The notes below the pieces were generated by a model. The model did no database searches. It was not told the origin of the DNA and was given only the letters and a program-made list of their open reading frames with translations. A DNA stretch of 64,000 nucleotides, taken from NCBI RefSeq assembly GCF_040003245.1, contig NZ_JBDUCX010000002.1:1519-65518 (forward strand). The letters run 5' to 3'. The position numbers and the translations under genes were made by a program. This stretch comes from Chthoniobacter sp. GTDB taxonomy: Bacteria > Verrucomicrobiota > Verrucomicrobiia > Chthoniobacterales > Chthoniobacteraceae. Shown here one piece after another: positions 19,411-29,649 of this stretch; position 1 is the stretch's first letter, and the number at the start of each line of letters is the position of its first letter.

Positions 19411-21210
19411 TCATCGTTTCCAGCATACCCAGAATGTGCTTTCGCCAACAGCATGAAAATCCGTTCCCAAGCCTTGGCCATACATCCGGACCATGTATTC
19501 ACGTTGCTCCAGCCAGTCGGCTCGCTTGGGAACCATGAATATAGTCACCTCGGACAGCGTCCGCTGCACGTCCGGGTGAATGTGCGTATCGACAACCCGG
19601 TCGTAATCCCAGTGCATCCCACCTCCGCTCGCGGGCGGGATGCGCAGGCCCAGATTGAAGGGGTTAAACCATGCCGCGACAAAGATGCGATCGGCCGGGC
19701 CAGCGTTCTTCGCCAGCAATTCCATCCCGTCCTCCACCCAGCGAGCCGTTTGACGCGATGTCATGAAATTGTCTGTTCCGGTGTTCGCCCACGGACCACT
19801 GCGCCGCCGCGTAATCGCCTTGTCCACCTCGCTGTTTTCGGTCGGTTCGTTGAAATAAACCGGAATAGGAATCACGGAGAGCATGCCCGGCAGTCGCTCG
19901 GATTCCTTCGCCCAATCGGGCTTTCGTATTTTCCAAAGCGCGGCATAAGCAAGACTTCCCCAGTCGTAGCAAATTCCCGACATCACAAAAACCGCGCAGA
20001 GCGCCTTGGCCACGAGGCATTTTGTCAAAAGCGCTTCCCTCTTTTCCGGTGCAGCGCCCATCGGATCCTGCGCCATGGCGCGAAGAGCCATCTCCACCGT
20101 GATCAAGCCCGCGACCAGGAAGCCCGGCACCTCGCCGCGCTGGGTGTTAAATGTCGTGACGAACAAACTGACTCCCAGTGCAACGAAGAAATTCATCGGC
20201 AACCATCCCCATCCGACCTGCACCGAGGCTTGCCTTCGTTTGCATTCCACCAGCAGCGAAATATGGCCGCCCACCAAGATCAGGAGCCAGGACCAGTTTG
20301 CCCGCAAGCGCACGAGCAGACTCTGCACGTGAGACTCCGTGCGGCTCACATGAAGAAGACGCCATTGATCCACAAAATACGCGAGAACCCCACCGGGCTT
20401 GATCGCAAGGAGAACGCTAATCAAAAGAAAGCCTGCCAGCAAAGCGGCGGCACGCCTCGCCCGCTGCTCGCTGCTATACAGCCACCACACGCACAGGAAA
20501 CCCGTGCCCAACAAGAAGTTGATTTTGCAGAAGACACAAAGCGCCACCATCATCCCCGCGAGAACCGCATCCCCGACCATCTGCCGGGTCGTTTCGGCGC
20601 TCCTGCGAGGAAGAAGCATGATCAGCATCTGATTCAAGAGTGCCGCCCAACCCATGCGGTTGTATTGCATCGCGTAACTCGTGTGAAAAGCGAATCCGAA
20701 CGGAGGCCCTTCGCCGCCACCGATATCGGTCCCACCACCCAGGAAGGTGACAGCGACCGGCAAAAGCAGGGTTTGGAACGCGACGGCCAGCCTCCACCAC
20801 AGCGTCAGTCGCCCTTGCGTGGCGCGCCATGATATGGCCGACATGACGACCCCGACGCACAGCAAGGCCAGCGGCAATCCCGAAACGTCGGAACCACGCA
20901 GCGCAAATCCGAGAGCGAAAACACCCAATGGATAGGGACCGATCACCGAATAGAAATCACGATGCGGAACTTGTCCGTTCCAAACGCGCCAGCCGCCATC
21001 CAAAAGCACTAGCACATCGTTAAGTTTCTCCCACATGACGGGAAAGCCCGTCAGCCAAATCATCACCGCAAGAGCCACCACCCCTGATACCCAGAGGCCG
21101 GCGATCGAGAGACGTTTCGCCCGGGACTCCGGTTCGCCTCCACCTCCCAAACGGTGTTCCAGACTGGCGAGACAAGTGATGAAATTCATGCGGGCGGACA
21201 ATTTGCTCAC
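19411..21210 (-). CDS. Polytopic membrane protein, GT-C-like (uncertain)
   Basis: 599 aa, GTG start overlapping the wzt stop; DGGWRV..GQVPHRDF first loop, many TM segments, soluble C-terminus. Confidence 0.55.
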   Translation of the reverse strand: MSKLSARMNFITCLASLEHRLGGGGEPESRAKRLSIAGLWVSGVVALAVMIWLTGFPVMWEKLNDVLVLLDGGWRVWNGQVPHRDFYSVIGPYPLGVFALGFALRGSDVSGLPLALLCVGVVMSAISWRATQGRLTLWWRLAVAFQTLLLPVAVTFLGGGTDIGGGEGPPFGFAFHTSYAMQYNRMGWAALLNQMLIMLLPRRSAETTRQMVGDAVLAGMMVALCVFCKINFLLGTGFLCVWWLYSSEQRARRAAALLAGFLLISVLLAIKPGGVLAYFVDQWRLLHVSRTESHVQSLLVRLRANWSWLLILVGGHISLLVECKRRQASVQVGWGWLPMNFFVALGVSLFVTTFNTQRGEVPGFLVAGLITVEMALRAMAQDPMGAAPEKREALLTKCLVAKALCAVFVMSGICYDWGSLAYAALWKIRKPDWAKESERLPGMLSVIPIPVYFNEPTENSEVDKAITRRRSGPWANTGTDNFMTSRQTARWVEDGMELLAKNAGPADRIFVAAWFNPFNLGLRIPPASGGGMHWDYDRVVDTHIHPDVQRTLSEVTIFMVPKRADWLEQREYMVRMYGQGLGTDFHAVGESTFWVCWKR

Positions 21211-22430
21211 GGCTCGCCGGAGACGTCGAGTGACCAGGCACTCTTGGTCAGGAAGGCAGCGGGTTGGTGTGCCCGGCGACCATTGCCAAAAAAGTCACCG
21301 TCATGAACCTCAAAATCCAAGGCCCCCGGTATGTGATCGGCCACCTCGTCGGAGGTCAACGCCATCAATTCAATGGAATAGCGGCCCGGCACCAGCGACA
21401 CATCGGAGGGTATTTTCACCGTGATGCTCCCCGTCGAAGGGCAAAGGTACGGGAAACTGTCGTCCGTATGACTATCGATCACCAGCAACCGCACCTGCTG
21501 TTGATCATGGATGTTGATCAAGAAGCGGGCCGGAATTCCCTCCGTAACGGCTTTATAGGTAAAACGAAATGTCATCTCGTCGCCGCAGACGAGAGACGCA
21601 TTGGCCGTCCCCGGCCCGATGTTCAGCGAAGTGAACCAAATTCGCCCGCTCCCGCGCACCTTGCCCCGTCGAAATTCGAACTGCCCTTTGCTGGAAAAAG
21701 CATCGGCCAGGTAAGTCTCGGAAATCTCCCGCATCGGACCAACAGCCTTCAACTGTCCCCGCTCCAAATACAACCCGCGGGAACAGAAGGCCGTAACCGC
21801 CGACATATTGTGACTCACAAAAAGCACCGTCCGCCCGGCCCGTGCGACCTCCGTCATGCGCCCGATGCATTTTTTTTGAAAGGCCGCATCCCCGACGGCG
21901 AGCACTTCGTCGATAATCAAAATCTCCGGATCGAGATGGGCCGCGACCGCAAACGCGAGCCGCGTCGTCATGCCGCTGGAATAATGCTTCACCGGCGTAT
22001 CCAGAAAAGTGTCCATCTCCGCAAAGGCGGCAATCTCATCAAACTTTCGCGTAATCTCCGCCCGCGTCATCCCGAGAATCGCTCCGTTTAGGAAGGTGTT
22101 CTCCCGCCCCGTTAACTCGGGATGAAACCCCGTGCCGACTTCGAGTAAACTGGCGATGCGCCCCCTGATCCGAATCTCCCCCTCGGTCGGCTCGGTGATC
22201 TGGCTGAGAATTTTCAGCAGGGTCGATTTGCCCGCGCCATTGCGGCCGATAATGCCGACGCAATCGCCTTGCTCGACGTCGAAACTCACATCACGCAAAG
22301 CCCAGAATTTCTCCGCCGGCTGCTTCTTTCGACCGCGAAACAACGCCGTGATCTGATCCCGCAGGGTGTCGTGCACCTGCGTCCCCAGCCGATATTCCTT
22401 GCCCAGTTGTCGAACGGAAATGACAGCCAT
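21207..22430 (-). CDS. wzt: Wzt ABC transporter ATPase with C-terminal Wzt_C domain
   Basis: Start re-called to ATG 22430 (MAVISVRQLGKEY). FWALRDVSF, Walker A GRNGAGKST, YSSGM, IIDEVLAVGDAAFQKKC, VSH; about 150 aa beta-rich C-terminal extension. Confidence 0.93.
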   Translation of the reverse strand: MAVISVRQLGKEYRLGTQVHDTLRDQITALFRGRKKQPAEKFWALRDVSFDVEQGDCVGIIGRNGAGKSTLLKILSQITEPTEGEIRIRGRIASLLEVGTGFHPELTGRENTFLNGAILGMTRAEITRKFDEIAAFAEMDTFLDTPVKHYSSGMTTRLAFAVAAHLDPEILIIDEVLAVGDAAFQKKCIGRMTEVARAGRTVLFVSHNMSAVTAFCSRGLYLERGQLKAVGPMREISETYLADAFSSKGQFEFRRGKVRGSGRIWFTSLNIGPGTANASLVCGDEMTFRFTYKAVTEGIPARFLINIHDQQQVRLLVIDSHTDDSFPYLCPSTGSITVKIPSDVSLVPGRYSIELMALTSDEVADHIPGALDFEVHDGDFFGNGRRAHQPAAFLTKSAWSLDVSGEP

Positions 22431-22432
22431 CG

Positions 22433-23278
22433 TCAGACGATATCCGCGAAGGTTTTTTCGGTGTTCCGAAAATAGACGAGTCCCGTCACCAGCAAAACAA
22501 GACCCACCCCCAGGCTCAGCGCAAAGCCCGGCCAGTAGGGCGTGAATTGCGGCCCGAGGATGCACCACCGAAAGCCATCGATAACGGCAACCAGCGGATT
22601 GAGGCAAAACCACATCCACCAGCGCTCCGGCACCACATCGGTCCAGACAAAGCCGACCGGAGTCACATACATGCCCAGCCGCGTGATGAAGGGAACGATG
22701 TAACGGACATCGCGATACTTCACGTTCAGCGCGCTGAACCAGGCCCCAGCCGCGAAGGTCACAAAGAATGTCATTAGCAAGAACACCGGCAACAGCAGCA
22801 GTTGGATCCGCACGGCCACCCCAAAAATGAGCATGAGGATAAGCAGCACAATAAAGGAAATCCCCGCCTCGACAAAGCCACTGCACACCACGCTCGCCGG
22901 AATGATGAGCCGCGGAAAATACACCCGCGAGATGATCCGCGCCGAGGCGACCATCGAGTTGCTACTCTCCGCCAGGGTGTTGGCAAAGAACTGCCACGGC
23001 AGCAAACCCGCGAAAGTCAGAATCTCGTAAGGCGCGCCGTGCGAGGGAAACTTCGCGAAACGCCCGAAGAGCACGGTGAAGACCAGCATCGTCAACACCG
23101 GTTGCAGCACGACCCACGTCACCCCGAGATAGGTCTGCTTGTAGCGCAGCAAGATGTCACGCCAGGCTAGGAAACCGAACAATTCGCGATAGCGCCAAAG
23201 CTCGGCGAAATTGACGGAGATCATTCCCCGCTGCGGGCGGATGACGCGCTCGCCCAGCGCCGCGGGATCAGCGGACAT
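22433..23278 (-). CDS. wzm: Wzm ABC transporter permease
   Basis: RDILLRYKQTYLG..W..LQP, RVYFPRLIIP, YRDVRY, LNPL..VIDGFR. Confidence 0.93.
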   Translation of the reverse strand: MSADPAALGERVIRPQRGMISVNFAELWRYRELFGFLAWRDILLRYKQTYLGVTWVVLQPVLTMLVFTVLFGRFAKFPSHGAPYEILTFAGLLPWQFFANTLAESSNSMVASARIISRVYFPRLIIPASVVCSGFVEAGISFIVLLILMLIFGVAVRIQLLLLPVFLLMTFFVTFAAGAWFSALNVKYRDVRYIVPFITRLGMYVTPVGFVWTDVVPERWWMWFCLNPLVAVIDGFRWCILGPQFTPYWPGFALSLGVGLVLLVTGLVYFRNTEKTFADIV

Positions 23279-23311
23279 TGGCGGAAAAGACGAACGGCCG
23301 GCAAGAGTCGA

Positions 23312-24799
23312 TCATCGGGAAGAAGTGCTGAGTTGCTCCGCCACCTGGCTGGCCGGATCGCTGGGCGGCGCCGACGTCGCGGCCGCCTTTCGCCCGATGA
23401 CCACCGTGGAAAGCCCGCTCGTGGGCAGTATCCCATCGAGCACCCGAAAGATCGGCGTCAGAATCCCGTAGATCCGCAACTGCCAGGGTTTGAGCGCTTT
23501 CTGCCCTCCCAGGGTGTTCGCCACGTACCACGCCCACACGCCGACTTTGTTGAAAAAAAATTGCTTCTCCACTTCCAGCCCGGCCTCGTTCATTTTCCCC
23601 TCGAGTTCGCCTTTCGCATAGCGCCGGAAATGCCCGAGTGCCTTGTCGAATTCGCTGTAGAGCTTCATGTTATACGGCACGAGCACCACGATGCGGCAGC
23701 CGGCGGGTACGGTCTCAAATAAATTGCGCAAGACCGCGCGATCATCTTCCAAGTGCTCCAGCACGTTGAGAAAGACCACGCTGTCGGGTGCAAAAGCGCG
23801 CAACTGCTCGTAGTCCCCGCGCTCTGTCATATCGAGTTTCCCGATCTGGAGATTTTTCTGTGTCGCCCACTTGCCCTTCAATTCGGTCAGATAGTCGATG
23901 CGATAATCGGTCAGCAAAACCTGTCCGTGCAGCCGGATATGCCTGCTCAGGTTCCCCCGCCCCACTCCGAGTTCCGCAACCCGGTCGCCCAGCCACGGCT
24001 TCACGCTCTCGTACATCCACAGATTGAATTGCGGCGCCTGCTCCAGCGCATCAAGCGTCACTTTTCCCGCGTCGGAATAGTTGCTCGAGAAGCGATACTT
24101 GAAGATGAACCACAGCGCGGCCAGTCCATCGCGCCAGGTGATTTTCTTTCCCTCGTCATAGCTCCGGCCATTGTAGTTGATCGGCACCTCAAACATGCGC
24201 AGGCGATTGCGCGCCACTTTGGCGGCAATTTCCGGCTCGATGCCGAAGCGGTCCGATTCCAGCGGAATCGCCCGCAGCGAGGCGGCGGTGAACGCTTTGT
24301 AGCACGTCTCCATATCGGTGAAGTTCGTGTCATTGAGCATGTTCGAGAGCAGCGTCAAAAAGCGATTCGCCAGCGTGTGCCAGAAATAGAGCACCTTGCG
24401 CTCTTCCCCCGTAAAGCGGCTGCCGAAAACGACCTCCGCTTTCCCTTCGAGAATCGGCCGCAGCATCCGTGGATAATCCTGGGGCTCGTATTCCAGGTCG
24501 GCATCCTGGAAAATCACCAGGTCGCCGCTCATCTCCTGGATCGCCCGGCGCAGAGCCGCACCCTTGCCCATGTTCTGGGGCTGCTGAAAAACGCGCACAT
24601 CCGGATAGTCCGCGGCCAGTTGCTGGGCAATTTCCCACGTGCGATCGCGCGACCCGTCGTTCACCACCACGATCTCCCGCTCCAACCCCGCCGGTAAAGT
24701 CACCGCGCGCACCGCCTGCAGGCAATCCGCCAGCGTCTCTTCTTCGTTGTAGGCCGCAACGAGAATGGAAAGTTTGCGAAAGGTGGGTGTGGGAGACAT
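23312..24799 (-). CDS. DPM1-like GT2 fused to a class I SAM-methyltransferase-like domain
   Basis: AYNEE, NDGSRD, NMGKGAA, QDADLEY, GSRF, TDMETCYK; C-half ELGVGRG, NVLEHLEDD. Confidence 0.85.
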   Translation of the reverse strand: MSPTPTFRKLSILVAAYNEEETLADCLQAVRAVTLPAGLEREIVVVNDGSRDRTWEIAQQLAADYPDVRVFQQPQNMGKGAALRRAIQEMSGDLVIFQDADLEYEPQDYPRMLRPILEGKAEVVFGSRFTGEERKVLYFWHTLANRFLTLLSNMLNDTNFTDMETCYKAFTAASLRAIPLESDRFGIEPEIAAKVARNRLRMFEVPINYNGRSYDEGKKITWRDGLAALWFIFKYRFSSNYSDAGKVTLDALEQAPQFNLWMYESVKPWLGDRVAELGVGRGNLSRHIRLHGQVLLTDYRIDYLTELKGKWATQKNLQIGKLDMTERGDYEQLRAFAPDSVVFLNVLEHLEDDRAVLRNLFETVPAGCRIVVLVPYNMKLYSEFDKALGHFRRYAKGELEGKMNEAGLEVEKQFFFNKVGVWAWYVANTLGGQKALKPWQLRIYGILTPIFRVLDGILPTSGLSTVVIGRKAAATSAPPSDPASQVAEQLSTSSR

Positions 24800-24843
24800 C
24801 ACGCGGAAGGGGAACAATGTTCCAAATTATCAGGGGCAAACAA

Positions 24844-26442
24844 TCAATTCTTCGGGGAGATCAGGTAAAGTTTGGCGGTGATCGGCTGGCGCGTGCCGCG
24901 GCGCCAGACGTCGGATTCGCCGATCATCGAAAAGCGATCAGGATACGTCGCGACCAATCGCTTGAGTTGATCGTGATGCTCGCGACGTTTGTCGTCCGGC
25001 ACCGCATCGTCGAGGATCAGGTAACGAATCTTGCCGCTGGCGAGAAAATGGAGGATGTCCTCCTCCTTGTCGAATGCCGGGACATAGCCGCTGCCGCTCC
25101 ACGTGCTGCTGGCCAGGGATTTGCTCGCCCGCTGGATCACGTGCCCGGGACGGGACTCGTGCAGGGCGACCTCGGCGATGAACATTCCCTCCCCCGTCGC
25201 ATCGGACGAAACGAGCGCCACCTCGTCGGGCGAAGCTTCGGCCAGCATCTGTTGAGCGAGAGGAGCAAAGCCGGAGGATCCTTTGGTGGTGATCGGTAAA
25301 ATTGTGAGAAACATTCCCGCCAGAACAAGCACGGACAGCCCCGCGACGCGGCGGCCATCGGCCAGTTTCCCGGCGATGAAATTGAATCCCGCCGCCGCAA
25401 ACATCAACGCGGCGGGCAGGGCAGGAATGAGATGCCGCGCTTCGAGCCCCACCGGCGCGATGGATTGGAAGATAAGCACAGACAGGATCAACGCTCCGGC
25501 CGCCGTCCATCGGCCCTGCTGCGGGGATCCACGGCGGATTTTGACCACCACCCCCACGCCAAAGAGCAGCAACAGCACAGCACCCAGACCCAGGCCAAAT
25601 TTTCCCGCATAATACGGCAGAGCCTCGAGAGTGAAACTCCAGGAGGGGTTGGGCTGCAGCCATCCGCCTTTGCCCAAGTCGCGTGTCTTCCACGTCCATG
25701 GCCCCGCGACCACGAGGACGATGAATACCGCCAGCCACAGTGCGGGACGCTTGAGCAAGGACAGCCGCCGGGCGAAAACCAACGCCAACGGTGCGGCCAG
25801 CGCCAGAGCCAGGCCGGTTCCCTTCGTGAGAATGGCCAGCGCCGCGAGCACCCCAAACCAGATCGCATCGGACCGTTTCTCCCGGTCCAGAAAATCGCCG
25901 AAGGCCACGATCGCCGCAAACATGAGCACGGCGCTGAGCGTTTCCGCCATGACCATTCCATAATAACTGCGTACCAGCGGCAGGGAGATCAACACCGCGG
26001 CACAAGCCGCCGCGAGCCAGATCCCGAATTCTTCACGCAAGACACGGAATTCCAGCCACGCAAGAATCGCCGCCAGGGAGCACAATAGAAACAGTAGCGA
26101 GGTGCGCGATGCGCCGAGGGGCAAGGTCCACGCCGACTGGACGACATAGAAAAAAGGCGGCCAGACTCCCAAGCCGATTTTCGGATAGTGCGTGTAGTAG
26201 CGTTCGGCAAACTCTTTGCCGATGCGGATCGGCGAGCCATGGAAGCCGCCGGCGGCATAATGCCCCGCCTCGACCAACGCGTCGCGAATGAATAGACCCG
26301 TGACGACGTGCGCGGCTTCGTCGGGATGACCTCCAAATTCGCTTTTGTAGGCCCCGAAGCTCCACTGCCAAAAAAAGGCGAGATCGAAGGCGAGAACGAG
26401 AACGATGAGACTGACGACCCAAGGGCGAGCGCTTTTAAACAT
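24844..26442 (-). CDS. GT-C (ArnT/PMT-like) membrane glycosyltransferase
   Basis: HPDEAAH first loop, WPPFF, MAE, LTKGTG, RHLIP; polytopic. Confidence 0.65.
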   Translation of the reverse strand: MFKSARPWVVSLIVLVLAFDLAFFWQWSFGAYKSEFGGHPDEAAHVVTGLFIRDALVEAGHYAAGGFHGSPIRIGKEFAERYYTHYPKIGLGVWPPFFYVVQSAWTLPLGASRTSLLFLLCSLAAILAWLEFRVLREEFGIWLAAACAAVLISLPLVRSYYGMVMAETLSAVLMFAAIVAFGDFLDREKRSDAIWFGVLAALAILTKGTGLALALAAPLALVFARRLSLLKRPALWLAVFIVLVVAGPWTWKTRDLGKGGWLQPNPSWSFTLEALPYYAGKFGLGLGAVLLLLFGVGVVVKIRRGSPQQGRWTAAGALILSVLIFQSIAPVGLEARHLIPALPAALMFAAAGFNFIAGKLADGRRVAGLSVLVLAGMFLTILPITTKGSSGFAPLAQQMLAEASPDEVALVSSDATGEGMFIAEVALHESRPGHVIQRASKSLASSTWSGSGYVPAFDKEEDILHFLASGKIRYLILDDAVPDDKRREHHDQLKRLVATYPDRFSMIGESDVWRRGTRQPITAKLYLISPKN

Positions 26443-26457
26443 GACAAAAATTTGGCA

Positions 26458-27597
26458 TTAGCCCGTGGGTTGCGGCTCAAAGCGCGCGAAGACCGCCTTG
26501 TGCTGCGACTTGTTACCCGGCTCAGGGCGGCATTCCGTGACCCGCCAGCCTCGGCCGACGAAGAAGTAGTCGATGCGCAGCCACGGTCCAAAGAAGGAAA
26601 TCGGATTGTGCGTGGAGCCCGGAAAGGTCAGCCCCCAGCCACGTCCGGCATGCGCAAAGGCATCGGTCATTCCACCGGCCAACAGGTGGTAGATATGGCC
26701 GTGGTCGGGCGTATTGAAATCGCCTCCGACGATCATCGGTTCTTTTTCCTCCGCCAGGACGGCCGCCAGCGCCTGCGCCAGGCGGATCCGTTCCTGAATC
26801 CATTCCCGATAATCCCCGTACGCCGGAGCGCGATGTCTGGATCCTACGAGATCGCCCAACACGCGCCGTCCCCCGATGAAGCGGGAGAGTTGGTCCCGGG
26901 GCGTGGGCAAATGGACGCTATAGACAGCGGTCGTGCGACCTTGAAACACGATCTCGCAGCGGGCGGCCACCGGTGCGCCCTGCGACTTCACGCTCTCCAC
27001 CAGAGAGGCCTTTTGGATGGGAAATTTGCTCACGAAAGCGAATTGTCCCAAATCACTCGAATACATCCCCGGAAACTTCATCACGAGATTTGCGCCGGAG
27101 TTCCGCGCGTCTTGCAGGATAATCAGATCGGGCTTTTCCGCTTCGAGAAATGAAATGAACTGAGGGCGATTGCTCTCACCGCAATTAAAAGTCACTGCCT
27201 TCAATTCTGACCCGGTAACCGGCGGAACGGATGACCAGCGGAAGGTCATGAATCCGAAGACCAAAATGATGGCGGCGCCGAAATGCCAGAGGATCAACCG
27301 CCATCGGAAGAGAAGGCAGACCGGCGTGAGCGCGGCGAGAGGAAGAAGGCATGTCTGGATCGGCGCATAGAGCAACACACTGAAGATCCAGCTCCGCTCA
27401 CCCCACCATTCCAAGCCGATCAGCAGGGCCAGCAGGCCGATCACGTATCCGGCGGTGAGCCACCCCAGAGCGCGGCGAAACCAATGCAAGGCACGGGCCA
27501 GCGTGCCGGAAGTGACTTGGAAGAGAACCTGATCCTCGCGGGCTCCAGTCGACGCTGCGGGTTGCCCCTGGTCCGGGAGGGATGCCGGCTCGTTCAT
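26458..27597 (-). CDS. Membrane-anchored endonuclease/exonuclease/phosphatase (EEP) family protein
   Basis: Three N-terminal TMs; TFN, ILQD, VGGDFN, RIDY, SQH; ATGA coupling to the upstream ligase. Confidence 0.8.
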   Translation of the reverse strand: MNEPASLPDQGQPAASTGAREDQVLFQVTSGTLARALHWFRRALGWLTAGYVIGLLALLIGLEWWGERSWIFSVLLYAPIQTCLLPLAALTPVCLLFRWRLILWHFGAAIILVFGFMTFRWSSVPPVTGSELKAVTFNCGESNRPQFISFLEAEKPDLIILQDARNSGANLVMKFPGMYSSDLGQFAFVSKFPIQKASLVESVKSQGAPVAARCEIVFQGRTTAVYSVHLPTPRDQLSRFIGGRRVLGDLVGSRHRAPAYGDYREWIQERIRLAQALAAVLAEEKEPMIVGGDFNTPDHGHIYHLLAGGMTDAFAHAGRGWGLTFPGSTHNPISFFGPWLRIDYFFVGRGWRVTECRPEPGNKSQHKAVFARFEPQPTG

Positions 27598-29516
27598 GGC
27601 TCGCTCAGGATCCACTCCGCGGGCAGATTCAATTGCGGCTCGGTAAAGTGAGAGAATAAGGTCTGCGCCATCGGGTCCGCCTTGAGCTGCTCGAGGTTTT
27701 GCAGGCTCTTGGGAGAAATCTCCGTCTCACCCAGTTTCTTCGCGACCCGGAAGCAGAGTTCGGCCGCCTTCATCCGTTTCTGCAACTGCCAATGCAAGCC
27801 GTAGAAGGCGTAAACGTTTCCGAACAGGGGATCGCACTTGAACAGTCGCTGGAAGACGTCCTCGGCGTCGGCATAGCGTCCCATCAAATCCAGAATTTGC
27901 GCCTCCTTCAAAAGCAAGCCGGTGTCTTGCGGGAAGAGTTTCAGGGCTCTCTCGTAGTCGGTCGCCGCATCCTCGTGCAAGATATGCGCTGCCACTTCGT
28001 CCGGTGCGCTCAAGGTGAGAAAATGCTCCGCCTCCCCGCGATACCCATAGAGAAAGGGGTTTTTCTTTTCCCACGCAAGGCCGCGGTTCGCCAATGCCAA
28101 AGCATCGCTATTACGGTCGTCGCGCAAGGCTACGCGGGCCTTCTCCGCGAGAATTTCGCCCGGTAACAATCGAGCCGAAAGTCCCAGCAGGACGACTGCG
28201 ACCGCCGCGGCCAGCCAGCGCCACCAGCCTGCGGCCTGGACGGGTTGGCCACTCTCCCCCTCCGAATCCCCCATGGGGCGGGCCAATATCCCAAATAGGA
28301 AGGCCACGACCAGCGCATTGGCGGGAATGTGCATGTTGAAATCCACCACGGAATGCATCAGTAGCGCCGCGATCGCCGCGAGCGCTCCGATATCCAATGC
28401 CAGATCGTTGCTCAATCGTGGAGTGCCGGGTCGAATCTGCTCGAGGACAATCTTCCTCAAACCGGCCATCCCGGAAACAAGGTGCACGAGGAGGAACGCA
28501 CCACACAGCACTGTCCCGATCAGGCCATATTCCGCCAATAGCTCCAGATAGTCATTGTGGACGTGCATCGGGTCGTTCTGCACCAAGGGGGAACGAAATT
28601 GCCGCCCGTAGAAGAGGTACGTGCCGCTGCCGGTACCGGTCAGCGGCTCCAGATGATATTGCGTCACCGCCGCTTTCCACATCAGCAGCCGCATGTTCGA
28701 GGGGTCATACACTTGCATCAGTCGCGTGTAGATAGTCTCGCTCTGCGACATGACAAAAAGCGCTCCGCCGAGAATGACGACGGCGCCGGCGAGGATACCC
28801 GCGAACATCACCCAAAAGCCGCCGCGACGGGTGAGTTTCACGGCCCACAGACTCAGGATGGCAAATACGCCGAGTCCAAAGACGACCGAGAGATAGCCGC
28901 CACGACTGCCGGTGACGGCCAGCCCAGCCAGACACATCAGGGCGCAATAACCCGCCAGGATCCTGATCGCGGGGCGGCTGCTTCCCCAGCACGCCTGCCC
29001 CACGGCCAGCATGGCCAGCATTTCCAACAGGCCGGCCAGATGGTTTGGGCAGATATAAAAGCCGCTCGCCCTCCAGCCGTACGGGGAGCGCATGATCCCG
29101 GGAAGCAGCATGAACTCATCTCCCTGCTTGAATTGAATCGCGCCGATGGCGACATGCACCAGCGCGAAAAGGAGCAGGATGCCAACCAGGATATGACGCG
29201 TCCGCGTGGCGGTGAGGTGCATCACCGTCAGCAGATACACCAACACGGCCCCGAGAATCATGAATAGGTCGGCGCGAGCGAGATAGACCACCGGGGAGGA
29301 AAGGGCGCGTCCCACCACCCACGCCGCCAGAAGCGATGCCGTCAAGGCGCAGAGCAGCGGCGGACGCGCCAGCTTTTTGAAGGCCAGAAAAGTGAGCAGC
29401 GAAGCGCTGGCCAAAAGGAAGTAAGCGGGCAAGCTAAAGACCAGCCTCACCCCGCCGATCATGACTTGAATGCAGACTAACGACAGCGCGAGGAGCGTGA
29501 GGGTAAGGTAACGCAC
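27594..29516 (-). CDS. O-antigen ligase / O-oligosaccharyltransferase family (Wzy_C) with C-terminal TPR-like region
   Basis: PNHLAG, TGSRGG, R..MW, GTGSGTY, HVHNDYL..LAEYGLIG, DFNMHIPAN; helical C-terminal domain. Confidence 0.85.
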   Translation of the reverse strand: MRYLTLTLLALSLVCIQVMIGGVRLVFSLPAYFLLASASLLTFLAFKKLARPPLLCALTASLLAAWVVGRALSSPVVYLARADLFMILGAVLVYLLTVMHLTATRTRHILVGILLLFALVHVAIGAIQFKQGDEFMLLPGIMRSPYGWRASGFYICPNHLAGLLEMLAMLAVGQACWGSSRPAIRILAGYCALMCLAGLAVTGSRGGYLSVVFGLGVFAILSLWAVKLTRRGGFWVMFAGILAGAVVILGGALFVMSQSETIYTRLMQVYDPSNMRLLMWKAAVTQYHLEPLTGTGSGTYLFYGRQFRSPLVQNDPMHVHNDYLELLAEYGLIGTVLCGAFLLVHLVSGMAGLRKIVLEQIRPGTPRLSNDLALDIGALAAIAALLMHSVVDFNMHIPANALVVAFLFGILARPMGDSEGESGQPVQAAGWWRWLAAAVAVVLLGLSARLLPGEILAEKARVALRDDRNSDALALANRGLAWEKKNPFLYGYRGEAEHFLTLSAPDEVAAHILHEDAATDYERALKLFPQDTGLLLKEAQILDLMGRYADAEDVFQRLFKCDPLFGNVYAFYGLHWQLQKRMKAAELCFRVAKKLGETEISPKSLQNLEQLKADPMAQTLFSHFTEPQLNLPAEWILSEP

Positions 29517-29592
29517 GAATTCAGCAGGAGGAAGGGGATGGTAGTTACCGGCTATATCCGGTGCAAGAGCGGGTGGGCTGCTTATTCAAGCA

Positions 29593-29632
29593 AAACAAAA
29601 CGCCCCTGCAACGGTTGTCGCAGGGGCGTTTT
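29593..29632 (-). terminator. Rho-independent terminator after the large secreted protein gene
   Basis: Minus strand AAAACGCCCCTGCGAC-AACC-GTTGCAGGGGCGTTTTGTTTT: long GC stem (one G:U) followed by a U-tract, 17 nt after the stop. Confidence 0.85.
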
Positions 29633-29649
29633 AGAAGACTTCGCGACGG

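Noticed and set aside
22431-22886. Apparent 559-aa Wzt with an N-terminal extension
   Set aside because: The extension overlaps wzm in another frame; the canonical Wzt start is at 22430
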